Source: Octopus vulgaris
Taxonomy: Eukaryota
Assembly (NCBI GenBank): GCA_951406725.2
Contig: OX597837.1
Span: 26,350,001-26,414,000, forward strand
DNA length: 64,000 nt
Direction: 5' to 3'
Below are positions 25,279 to 37,442 of this stretch, piece by piece; the stretch's first letter is position 1, and every line of letters begins with the position of its first letter. A program made the position numbers and the translations under genes. Under the pieces are notes generated by a model. The model was not told the origin of the DNA, did not search any database, and was given only the letters and a program-made list of their open reading frames with translations.

Positions 25279-25913
25279 GGCGGCGAGCTGGCAGAAACGT
25301 TAGCACGCCGGGCGAAATGCGTAGCCGTATTTCGTCTGTCGTTACGGTCCGAGTTCAAATTCCGCCGAGGTCAACTTTGCTTTTCATCCTTTCGGGGTCG
25401 ATTAAATAAGTACCAGTTGCACACTGGGGTCGATGTAATCGACTCGATCCGTTTGTCTGTCCTTGTTTGTCCCCTCTATGTTTAGCCCCTTGTGGGCAAT
25501 AAAGAAATAAGAAACGTTAGCACGCCGGGCGAAATGCGTAGCCGTATTTCGTCTGCCGTTACGGTCCGAGTTCAAATTCCGCCGAGGTCGACTTTGCCTT
25601 TCATCCTTTTGGGGTCGATTAAATAAGTACCAGTTGCACACTGGGGTCGATGTAATCGCCTCGATCCGTTTGTCTGTCCTTGTTTGTCCTCTCTGTGTTT
25701 AGCCCCTTGTGGGTAGTAAAGAAATAGGTATTTCGTCTGCCGCTACGTTCTGAGTTTAAACTTCCGCCAAGGTCGACTTTGCCTTTCATCCTTTTGGGGT
25801 TGATAAATTAAGTACCAGTTATGCACTGGGATCAATGTAATCGACTTAATCCATTTGTCTGTCCTTGTTTGTCCTCTCTGTGTTTAGCCCCTTGTGGGCA
25901 ATAAAGAAATAAG
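25279..25913 (+). mobile_element. SINE family C, tandem trimer
   Basis: Three head-to-tail units, the second and third 5'-truncated; flanked by the direct repeat AGATTGAGTCTAG. Confidence 0.9.
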
Positions 25914-26479
25914 ATTGAGTCTAGTAGATAAATGCCCTTTATTTTATTGATCACAGTCGGATTTGAACCAAGATTAAAAAGTGGACACACCCTGAGTGGT
26001 TGAAATATCTAATAATATTTAGTTCCGTTAAGGTGGCAAATTAGCAGAATCATTAGCACACTGGGAAAAATGCTTAGGAGGATTTCATTCGAGTTCAAAT
26101 GTTGCTGAGGTTGACTTTGCCATTCATTCTTTCAGAGTCAATAAAATAAAATAAGTACCAGTTGAATACTGGGGTTGATGTAACTGACCCTGAAATTGCT
26201 GACCTTGTGCCAAAATTTGAAACTAATACTTAGTTCCATCCCTCAAAGAGACAATGACAAGGTCACAGTCCACTAGTGCATATATTTCATTTCGTGTGTA
26301 TTAAACCAGTAAAAGAAGCATCAATTTATTTATCAATAGTTTATTTATTGATTGATTCAACAGTTGAGCCACCTTCCAACTCTCACAATTTTGTGTCCTT
26401 TGAAGGAATCACAAGCAATAATGTTGATGGGGAGGCATGTGTCATTGTAGTAAAGGAGGCAGTTTCGCATCCCTGAGTT

Positions 26480-26657
26480 TCCAGGTCAATTGCACTACAC
26501 AGCAGCTTCACTTGGTGATTATAGAGGACAAAATAAACAGTGTAAGACTTTGTTATAGCATAGAAGAAAGTGAAAATCAAAGAAGAAAAAAAAGAAATTG
26601 GAAAATACCAGGATCTAGCCACAGAGCTGAAGAGATTGTGGAAAACTAGGGTAAAAG
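26480..26657 (+). pseudogene. RLE LINE C-terminal fragment
   Basis: An alternate frame reads KEIGKYQDLATELKRLWKTRVK. Confidence 0.7.
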
Positions 26658-27697
26658 GGTAAAGACCCCTTTCGGTTATGAATGGCACAAGTCTGGGCAA
26701 GGTTGTTTATGGAAGACCAGCAGTCACCCATGCATACCAGTCTCCCCTCTCTACACAATCAATGTTATCCAAGGGAAAGGCAAAGGCCAATACAGCTTGG
26801 CACCAGTGATGTTGTGATCATTTCTATAGCTGAATGAACTGGTGGTGGTGGTGGTGGTGGTGGTGGTAGCAGCAGCAGAAGCGATGGCAGTACAATATTA
26901 GTAGAAGTAATAGTAGTAATAATTTGTGATGGAATTGATTTGAAAGGTGTTGTGACAGATTTTGCAGAATAGACAATCACCACCCAACACAACCTCAAAC
27001 ACAATCAAACACATCAACCACACATCAGACACAACCACCAAACAACAAAACAATACACTTGACACTAGTTATGATCTACACAACAGATTAAATACTAAAT
27101 TACCACAACAACAACAACAGCATCAAAAAAGCCACAACAAAGAGAAACTGATGTAAGAAACACAGCTATACATATTCCTGAACGATAATAAACACTACAG
27201 GTGAAGGGGCACGGCGACGCAGGGGCATGTAGGTGCAGGGATATGGAAGAGGAGGGGACAACAGGTGGCGCAGTACAAACCTACATGTTATAGTTAAAAA
27301 ACAACAACTAAAATAACAACAACAACAACAATAATAATAATAATTATCTAAAAATAAAAACATCAAGAAATACCAGCAATGTTTTACATTGTTCGTCAAT
27401 TAACAGACTCATTAAGAGTAAGAACAATTAGTAGAGATCAATGTTGATTATAACAAACTAATGGCTTCCAGCTGGTTTATTTGGTAAATGGTTTCAGAAA
27501 TTAATCAGAAATTTATACAGTACAATACACACAGACATATTAACAGTTAGGTTTATATAGAACAATAAACACAGATAGAGGTCACACAGGTAGAAAGGTC
27601 ACACAGTCTGGGTTTACACTGTATAATACACACAGCTAGAGAGGTTAACACAGTATGAAATACACAGCTTGTAAGATTACACAAGGTTTATACAGTA

Positions 27698-28366
27698 CTA
27701 GCATTATGACCCGTCGTTGCCGGGTCATAGTGCTAGTGCATGTATATATGTGTACATATTACATGTACATATTACGTGTACATCTATATATATATACATC
27801 TACACATAAAATACAAAATACAGTTATATCTTGATATCGCTAGTGATAACAATACTCAAAATATATAACAGACTGGAATTGCAGGCCCATCTCTTGCAAT
27901 GTCGATCAATTGTATCTTGTTCTCCTTCTTGTATAGAAGTGTGGCTTCAAACCAGCCTACCTCTACTTCTGGGGGGACATTTTAAATTTTTATCCGGGAC
28001 GTAACACATAATACTGAAATAGTGGAGAAGATATGATATTGCTATGGGCTCGCCCCAGGCAAGAAGTTGAACATTTTTTTTTGCCCATGAAACTACATGA
28101 ACCCTAAGTAAGGCATGTGTAAAATTTGAATGAAATTGGTTGTGTAATTTTCAAGTTTTAGGGAATCATAGTGGAGAAGATATGATATTGCTATGGGCTT
28201 GCCCTAGGCAAAAAGTTAAAAAAATTTTTTGCCGATGACACTCCCTGGACCCTAAGTAAGGCATGTGTAAAATTTGAATGAAATTGGTTGTGTAGTTCTC
28301 AAGTTTTAGGGAAACAGACAGACAGACAGACAGACACACATTCTCAGTTTTATATATATAGAGAGA
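27698..28366 (-). mobile_element. Non-autonomous Helitron with an internal ~150-bp duplication
   Basis: Same 3' hairpin as 12536-12858; inserted at A|T with no TSD; the flanks rejoin into the host tandem-repeat unit. Confidence 0.9.
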
Positions 28367-28504
28367 TAATATACACAGCTTGTAAGATTACACAAGGTTT
28401 ATACAGTATAATATACACAGCTAGGGACATTAAAACATGGCTAGAGAGTTTAACACAATACAAAATACACAGCCTATGAGATTGCACAGATTTACACAGT
28501 ACAA

Positions 28505-28806
28505 TGGCACTCCGCTGGTTACGAAGACAAGGGTTCCAATCGATCCAATCAACAGAACAGCTTGCTTGTGAAATTAATCAGCAAGAGGCTGAGCATTCCA
28601 CAGACACGTGTACCCTTAATGTAGTTCTCGAGGAGATTCAGTGTGACAAAGAGTGTGACAAGGCTGGCTTTTAGAAATACAGGTACTTCTCATTTTTGCC
28701 AGCTGAGTGGACTGCAGCAATGTGAAATAAAGTGTCTTGCCGGGAATTGATCTCACGACCTTACGATCGTGAGCCAAATATCCTAACCACTAAGCCATGC
28801 ACCTTC
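28505..28806 (-). mobile_element. tRNA-derived SINE sharing its tail with 29592-30025
   Basis: Minus-strand head TGGCTTAGTGGTTAGG; tail homologous to 29850-30022. Confidence 0.75.
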
Positions 28807-28904
28807 ATATAGTACACAACTATACAGGTTTACATGCCCTCTGATCAGGGGAAAACACAAACTGACACTAGAAATGGGCAAAACCCAGAACAAACATCTC
28901 AACA

Positions 28905-29370
28905 TATTCTTTTCTACTCTAGGCACAAGGCCCGAAATTTTTTGGGGAAGGGGCCAGTTGTTTAGATTGACCGCAGTATGCAACTGGTACTTAGTTTATT
29001 GATCCCGAAAGGATGAAAGGCAAAATCGACCTTGGTGGAATTTGAACTCAGAATGTAAAGACAGACGAAATACCTATTTCTTTACAACCCACAAGGAGCT
29101 AAACAGAGAGGACAAACAAGGACAGACAAACGGATTAAGTCAATTATATCGACCCCATTGCGTAACCGGTACTTATTTAATCGACCCCGAAAGGATGAAA
29201 GGCAAAGTCGACCTCGGCAGAATTCGAACTCAGAAAATAGCGGCAGATGAAATACTGCAAAGCATTTCGCCTGGTGTGCTAACATTTCTGCAAGCTCGTC
29301 TCTTTACAGACAAAATACCGTTAAGCATTTTGTCAGGCGTGCTAGTGTTTCTGCCAGCTTGCTGCCTTAC
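28905..29370 (-). mobile_element. SINE family C, composite or nested copies
   Basis: Two GAAAGGATGAAAGGCAAA(G/A)TCGACC domains. Confidence 0.8.
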
Positions 29371-29591
29371 TATATAGAAATATTAAAAGAGTAGAATGTT
29401 TGAAGGGAGTGAATAATAATGACTAATGAATGATATAACAGGTAATCCGACTGTGATCAATAAAATAAAGGGCCTTTCATCTACTAGACTCAATCTAACC
29501 AACTGCAATCCCCTTCCCTTCATCTAATCAATATTTGACCATTGATATTTAACTGTAGTCTTATTGATCACAAGATGTCATCAACATCTCA

Positions 29592-30025
29592 GCGTGGAGG
29601 CGCAATGGCCCAGTGGTTAGGGCAGCGGACTCATGGTCATAGGATCGCGGTTTTGATTCCCAGACCGGGCGTTGTGAGTGTTTATTGAGCGAAAACACCT
29701 AAAGCTCCATGAGGCTCCGGCAGGGGATGGTGGTGATCCCTGCTGTACTCTTTCTCCACGAGGCTCCGGCAGGGGATGGTGGTGATCCCTGCTGTACTCT
29801 TTCACCACAACTTTCTCTCACTCTTACTTCCTGTTTCTGTTGTACCTGTATTTCAAAGGGCCGGCCTTGTCACTCTCTGTGTCACGCTGAATATCCCCGA
29901 GAACTACGTTAAGAGTACACGTGTCTATGGAGTGCTCAGCCACTTACACGTTAATTTCACGAGCAGGCTGTTCCGTTGATCGCATCAACCGGAACCCTTG
30001 TCGTCGTGACCGACGGAGTGCTTCC
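29592..30025 (+). mobile_element. SINE family D with an internal ~49-bp duplication
   Basis: tRNA head; GAGGCTCCGGCAGGGGATGGTGGTGATCCCTGCTGTACTCTTTC occurs twice. Confidence 0.85.
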
Positions 30026-30160
30026 ATCCATCCAGCATCTCAGCATATTGCTGCATTTGGAACAGAGTCCTGAATATTGTTGAAGAAGAAGGACTTTCTG
30101 CCATGGCCTTTTATTTCAAGCACTAACAATTCTGTCAGTTCACTGTTATAAAAATAACAT

Positions 30161-30578
30161 TCTCTTTTTCTCTTTTCTCTCTTTTTACTTGTTTCAGTCA
30201 TTTTGACTGCAGCCATGCTGGAGCACCACCTTTAATCGAGCAACTCGACCCCGGGACTTATTCTTTGTAAGCCCAGTACTTATTCTATCGGTCTCTTTTG
30301 CTGAACTGCTAAGTGACGGGGACATAAACACACCAGCATCGGTTGTCAAGCAATGCTAGGGGGGCAAACACAGACACACAAACATACACGCACATACATA
30401 TATATACATATATATGACATGCTTCTTTCAGTTTCCGTCTACCAAATCCACTCACAAGGCTTTGGTCGGCCCGAGGTTATAGTAGAAGACACTTGCCCAA
30501 GGTGCCATGCAGTGGGACTGAACCCAGAACCATGTGGTTGGTAAACAAGCTACTTACCACACAGCCACTCCTGCGCCT
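30161..30578 (-). mobile_element. SINE family A
   Basis: Full-length homology. Confidence 0.9.
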
Positions 30579-30869
30579 ATATTCAAATTCAAATTTTGGC
30601 AGAAAGCCAGGAATTTTGGTGGAAATGGATGATAAGTTGTTAACGTTACGCTCAGTGCATGACTGGTACTTTATTGAGCTTGTTAGGACTAAAGGAAAAG
30701 TCAACATTGGTCGAATATGAATTTAGAAAGTACAGAGCTGAAAGAAATACCACTGAGCATTTTGCCCAGTGTGTTAACGATTCTGCCAACTTGCCGCCTT
30801 GATGGGAATGCTGGGGTTGGAGGAATCGGTGGGACAGCTGGTAAGAGCAGTGAGGTCAGCCAAAGAAAA

Positions 30870-31035
30870 TGGGGATGGGGACAGGTGGAGAAGGAGATTG
30901 GGAGGATTGGCTTGAGAAGGGAGGTTGCCCAAAACCAGGCGAGATGGCGAGATGGTGTGAGAACAGTTGTTGTAAGAGTGAGGTAGATCTGGCCACCCCT
31001 GTTAACGAAGACAAATCTGGATTTAAAATATTGGA
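30870..31035 (+). pseudogene. RTE-like LINE extreme 3' end
   Basis: QVEKEIGRIGLRREVAQNQARWRDGVR* followed by a short 3' UTR-like segment. Confidence 0.6.
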
Positions 31036-31057
31036 ATTCATATTCAATTCAATAATG

Positions 31058-31124
<67 letters not shown>

Positions 31125-31128
<4 letters not shown>

Positions 31129-31690
31129 GAAAAAAATAAACAACTACAACTATTTGAAGTGGGAAATACAAAGGCTGTGGTCAATGTGGAGAGCAGACGT
31201 GATATCAGTAATAACTGGAGCACTTGTAAGTATCAACACTCAACTACCAACATGGCTCAAACAGATTGATACAAGTGTGAAGGTAGAACACCTACAAAAA
31301 TCAGTATTGCTTGGAGCTGCAAGAATTCTTCGGAGGGTTCTTGAAGCATCGACATAGCATGTTCTGGTGACAACAGGATCAAAGGGAAAGAAGGAGAAAA
31401 AAATAATCAACTATGATGATTTGAAGCGGGTACTATGAAGGTTTGTGGTCAATGAAGAGAGTAGACGTGATACCGATAGTAATTGGCGTCCTTGGAAATA
31501 TCAGTGCTCAACTACCAACATGCCTCAAAAAGATTGATACAAGTGTGAAGGTAGAACACCTACAAAAATCAGCATTGCTTGGAGCTGCAAGAGTTCTTCG
31601 CAGGGTTCTTGAAGCTTGACCGGTAAACAAGTGTCATCTTAGTCTGCTGGCTGCAGACACCCTGGCACTTTCTGTCATAACCAGCAAAAT
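31125..31690 (+). pseudogene. Two tandem copies of an RLE LINE C-terminus
   Basis: YLKWEIQRLWSM..ITGAL..EHLQKSVLLGAARILRRVLEA, repeated at ~31385-31620; flanked by (AAT)n. Confidence 0.85.
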
Positions 31691-31713
31691 AAGCTGTGAG
31701 TTTTCATCACATG

Positions 31714-31746
<33 letters not shown>

Positions 31747-31825
31747 TCTGGTTTATTGGCCACAAGTAAAGATTTTGCATTATGTAGCTTGTTATTCTCT
31801 TTAAGTGGACATTTTTCTGGTTGAC

Positions 31826-32323
31826 ATACACCAAAAAATGGTGACACAGCTGTCAAAAAATCGTAAAAAATACGGATTTTCATAGAAAAAAAGCACCATT
31901 TTAGTCTTAACATGGTCCGATTTCAATTTTTTCTTCTATGGAATGAAGAGCAAGCCTTTTTCTGTCATACTCTCAATTTTGGTCAACTTGCGCCGCAGGG
32001 TCTCAGAGGAGATAGTTAGTTGAAGGCTACCAAACCTGCCACACACAGACAACTTCAGCTTTATATATAATACACCGAAAAATAGTGACAAAATAGTAAA
32101 AAAATAGGGATTTTCATAGAAAAAACACACCTTTTTGATGTAATTAATTTTTAGTTTTAACATGGTCTGATTTCAATTTTTTCTTCTATGGAATGAAGAG
32201 CAAGCCTTTTTCTATCATACTCTCAATTTTGGTCAACTTGTGCCGCGGGGTCTCAGAGGAGATAGTTAGTTGAAGGCTAGCAAACCTGCCACACACAGAC
32301 AACTTCAGCTTTATATATAAAGA
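31826..32323 (-). mobile_element. Helitron-like 5' end, tandemly duplicated (~245 bp)
   Basis: Minus strand starts A|TCTTTATATATAAAGCTGAAGTTGTCTGTGTG; no 3' CTAG end found. Confidence 0.55.
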
Positions 32324-32455
32324 TATAATTAGCGAATGCCATATAAAACCAAACCATTAATTCAGAATAATGTAGGAACAGATGGCATGTGTGCATGCGT
32401 GCACATATGTATATGTTCATGTGCGTGCATGTGTGTGTATGCGTTATGCTTTTTT

Positions 32456-32826
32456 TTTTTTACTTGTTTCAGTCATGTGACTGTGGCCATGCTGGAGCAC
32501 CGCCTTTAGTCGAGCAAATCAACCCCAGGACTTATTCTTTGTAAGCCTAGTACTTATTCTATCGGTCTCTTTTGCCGAAGCGCTAAGTTACGGGGACGTA
32601 AACACAAGTGATGTTGGGGGGGACAAACACAGACACACAAACATATACACGCACATACATATATACAACGGGCTTCTTTCAGTTTCCGTCTACCAAATCC
32701 ACTCACAAGGCATTGGTCGGCCCGAGGCTATAGCAGAAGACACTTGCCCAAGGTGCCACGCAGTGGGAATGAACCCGGAACCATGTGGTTGGTAAGCAAG
32801 CTACTTACCACACAGCCACTCCTGCG
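32456..32826 (-). mobile_element. SINE family A
   Basis: Homology to the other copies. Confidence 0.9.
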
Positions 32827-33254
32827 TGCATGTATCTTGGAGACTATGTAAATGCCATCAACAAAGATGGAATAGTCTTTGTTGGTTCTAGAAATATTTC
32901 AGTCAGCAGATTTCCATCTTGAAATCTTTGGGTTTAAGAATCGCTTGTCATTTTTGGAAGGACAAAATACCGCAGTGTGTTGAGACACACAAACAGTGAG
33001 ACAGACAGACAGACAATTTTTAATTCTTTTTACAAGTGCAACAATGCAGGTTGTAGTTCTTTTCTCTCCACCCAACACTGTATAAACACACACACACTGT
33101 ACAGGGTTGCCAAGATGTTATTATTCACTGTTGGTTCATGGGGGATCGTATAAAGACCTTTTGTTTCAATAATTTTATCTGATTGTTTCACTTACCAAAT
33201 ATTAGAATTTTCACAGCTTAACTACTTTGGTAGCTTGCAATTATACACTCACAT

Positions 33255-33263
33255 TATACATAC

Positions 33264-33310
<47 letters not shown>

Positions 33311-34033
33311 TACATACATGCACATATATACACATACACACGCACATAACATATACGATATATATTTCCATGCATTTGCATACATATACAAATACATATA
33401 TGCACATATACCACTATATATACACATACACCTCTATATATACACATACATATATACACAAATCTATATATATATACACATATATCTCTATACATATACC
33501 ATACACATATCTATATGTATACACATACACACACTTATCTGTATTTATGTATATACATACACATATCTCTATGTATACACATACACACACACCTCTCTAT
33601 TTATGTATACACATACATACACATATCTCTATGTATACACATACACACACATATCTATATTTATGTATACACATGCACACATATCTATATTTATGTATAC
33701 ACATACACACACATCTATATTTATGTATACACATACACACATATCTATATTTATACACACACATACACAAACATATCAATATATATATATATATATACAC
33801 ACATACATATACAAACATATCTATATTTATACGCACACACACAAACATATCTATATTTATACAACCACACACACACACACAAACATATCTATATTTATAT
33901 ATATACACACATACATGCAAACATATCTATATTTATAGAGAGAAACATATCTATATATACACACACACACACAACTATATTCACATGCATACACAACTAT
34001 ATTCACACACACAATTATATTCACACGCACACA
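33255..34033. repeat. CA/TA compound microsatellite with ~30-bp units
   Basis: Directly visible. Confidence 0.9.
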
Positions 34034-34418
34034 CAGAGGAAGACTATAAAGTATGGATACATGGGAAACATCACTAATACTTTTGTTTCTTTTTGTCTTT
34101 TCTTCGGCAGAATGAATGAGTTTTTCTAAAGAAGAAGGAACCGAAATGGTACTACTCAGTGAATATGAGGGGTAGTCATAGCAACAAAGAGCAGATGCTT
34201 TCAATGCACAACATCCTAGAAGTACAACCACCCACCCATCCACCAGTGCTTTCCCTACAGTAAGGAAAGGTTTTAAGAAATTCAAAGAACCAGGTTAGGC
34301 CTTGTGCAAACCCCATTCCTGAAAAACCAGCTCTAATGGATGAATTAAAAGAAGCTGTCATGGGTGAAGTTTTTGCTAGTCCCAAAAACACACTTCACAG
34401 AACATCCACGGAGCTCGA

Positions 34419-34652
34419 AGGCAGCGAGCTGGCAGAAACGTTTGCACGCCGGGCGAAATGCTTAGCAGTATTTCGTCTGCCGTTACGTTCTGAGTTCAAA
34501 TTCTGCCGAGGTCGACTTTGCCTTTCATCCGTTCGGGGATCGATAAATTAAGTACCAGTTACGCACTGGGATCAATGTAATCGACTTAATCCCTTTGTCT
34601 GTCCTTGCTTGTCCTCTCTGTGTTTAGCCCCTTGTGGGCAATAAAGAAATTA
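34419..34652 (+). mobile_element. SINE family C
   Basis: Full-length homology. Confidence 0.9.
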
Positions 34653-34769
34653 AGATTGAGTTTAGTAGATAAATGCCCTTTATTTTATTGATCACAGTCA
34701 GATTTGAACCAAGATTAAAAAGTGGACACACCCTGAGTGGTTGAAATACCTTATAATATTTAGTTCCAT

Positions 34770-35082
34770 TCATCATCATCATCGTTTAACGTCCGTTCTC
34801 CATGCTAGCATGGGTTGGACGGTTCGACCGGGGATCTGGGAAGCCAGAAGGCTGCACCAGGCTCTGGTCTTATCTGGCAATGTTTCTACAGCTGGATGCC
34901 CTTCCTAACACCAACCACTCCGCAAGTGTAGTGGGTGCTTTTTACGTGCCACCTGCACTGGTGCCAGGCGAGGCTGGCATCGGCCACAGTCGGATTGGTG
35001 CATTTTATGTGCCACCTGCACGGAAGCCAGTTGAGGTGGCACTGGCTTCGGCCACGATTCAGATGGTGCTTTTTACGTGCCA
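34770..35082 (-). mobile_element. SINE-like family B
   Basis: Absent from the paralogous site at ~26025; short CCATT direct repeat at its ends. Confidence 0.85.
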
Positions 35083-35548
35083 TTAAGATGGCAAATTAGC
35101 AGAATCATTAGCACACTGGGAAAAATACTTAGGAGGATTTCATCCATCTATATAGTCTGAGTTCAAATGCTGCTGAGGTCGACTTTGTGTCCTCTATGTT
35201 TGTATCCTCTATGTTTAGCCCCTTGTGGACAATAAAGAAATAAGGAATAAGTACTGTCAAAAATTAGTAAAAAAATCATCTGATTCAGGCATCTCAACAC
35301 TTCTGATTTCCTCATTCACCAACCAGATTTTAGTTTCCTTGATTTCTTTTTCTGGGGGTATACTGAAGGAGACAGTGTAATCAGTGAAAATTACAGGTAT
35401 GAATCACCTGAAGGAACACCTCCTGGATGAACGTGCTCAAAGCGATGGAAATGTGCAGTTGCTGAATTGAGCTCATTTGGATCTTGCAGAGCGTATCAAA
35501 CTTTCAACTCTGATGGTAGAAACCATGTTGAAAAAGTTATTCATCAAT

Positions 35549-35972
35549 GGCGCAGGAGTGGCTGTGTGGTAAGTAGCTTGCTAACCAACCACATGGTTCC
35601 GGGTTCAGTCCCGCTGCGTGGCATCTTGGGCAAGTGTCTTCTGCTATAGCCCCGGGCCGATCAATGCCTTGTGAGTGGATTTGGTAGATGGAAACTGAAA
35701 GAAGCCTGTCGTATATATGTATATATATATATAAGTGTGTGTGTGTATGTTTGTGTGTCTGTGTTTGTCCCCCTAGCATTGCTTGACAACCGATGCTGGT
35801 GTGTTTACGTCCCCGTCACTTAGCGGTTCGGCAACTTAGACGGTTCAGAATAAGTACTGGGCTTACAAAGAATAAGTCCCGGTGTCGATTTGCTCGACTA
35901 AAGGCGGTGCTCCAGCATGGCCGCAGTCAAATGACTGAAACAAGTAAAAGAGTAAAAAAAAAAGAAAGAGTA
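35549..35972 (+). mobile_element. SINE family A
   Basis: Full-length homology. Confidence 0.9.
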
Positions 35973-37442
35973 ATGTAGTTGGACTATTACGTATGGAGCT
36001 GGAGCGTAGTCGAGAAAGAGGCCAAACAACGTCTCCATACCACCATAGAATCTCTTGAGTTCACCACAACCAGCACTTTGCCAAAAACTGATAAAAATCC
36101 TCTCATCTGATTCAGGCATTTCAACACTTCTGACCTCCTCATGCATCATCCAGATTTTAATACCTTTGATCTATTTTCCTGGGGTACGTTGAAGGAGAGG
36201 GTAATATTCAATGAAAATCACAGATGTGAATTATCTGAAGGAATATATCATGAATGAATGAGCTCAAATTGGTGGAATTCAGGTTCATGTGAACCATGCA
36301 TGTATTAAACTTTGCAACTCTAATAGTAGAAACCATGAAAATGCTATTCATCAATGGAACTGAATCATAGTCGAGAGGGAGGTCAAACAACGTTGCCATA
36401 ACACCCTACAATCTCTCGGGTATGCCATAACCAGCACTTTGCCAAAAATTGATAAAAAATCATCTCATCTGATTCGGGCATGTCAACACTTTTGACTTCC
36501 TCATGCATCATCCAGATTTTAGTCCCCTCGCCTTTTTTTTCCTGGGGTGTGCTGGAGGAGACGGTGTACTCAGTGATAATCACAGATATGAATCATCTGA
36601 AGGAATCCGTCATGAATGAATCTATTCAAATTGATGGAAATTTGGAGTTTACTGAATTGGGTTCATTTGAATCTTGCAAAGTGTATTAAACCTTGCATCA
36701 CTAACAGTGGAAACTATGCTGAAACTTTAGCCTGTGTATCTAGCTTTTACAGCCACCTTGTCCATCTATCTAGCTATCTATACACACACACGTATACATA
36801 CACACGCACACACTCACAAGCATATGAAAATACACACACACTCACAAGCATATATAAGTACACACACACTTACAAGCATATGTAGATACACACACACACT
36901 CACAAGCATATGTAAATACACACACTCACAAGCATATATAAATACACACACACTCACAAGCATATATAAATACACACACACACTCACAAGCATATGTAAA
37001 TACACACACTCACAAGCATATATAAATACACACACACTCACAAGCATATATAAATACACACACACTCACAAGCATATGTAAATACACACACACTCACAAG
37101 CATACACACACACACACATATACACTCACATATATAAATACACATACACAAGCATATATAAATACACACACACACATACACTCACATATATAAATACACA
37201 TGTGCACATATATAAATACACACACGCACATATATATAAACAGACACACGCACATATATATAAATACACACACGCACACACATATATATATATACAAATA
37301 TACACACGCACATATATATAAATACGCATACATATATAAATACACACACGCACATATATATAAACACACACACGCACATATATATAAACGCACACATGCA
37401 CATATATATAAATACGCATACATATATAAATACACACACATA

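Larger units (their letters stand above)
34034..36760 (+). mobile_element. Decayed mariner-like transposon, centre rearranged
   Basis: N-terminus MSFSKEE..ADAFNAQHP..KKFKEPG..ASPK (~34106-34418); C-terminal PD....FFSWGVLEETVYS; degenerate TIRs CAG..CTATAAAGTATGGATACA / TGTATCTAGCTTTTACAGCCACCTTG. Confidence 0.7.
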
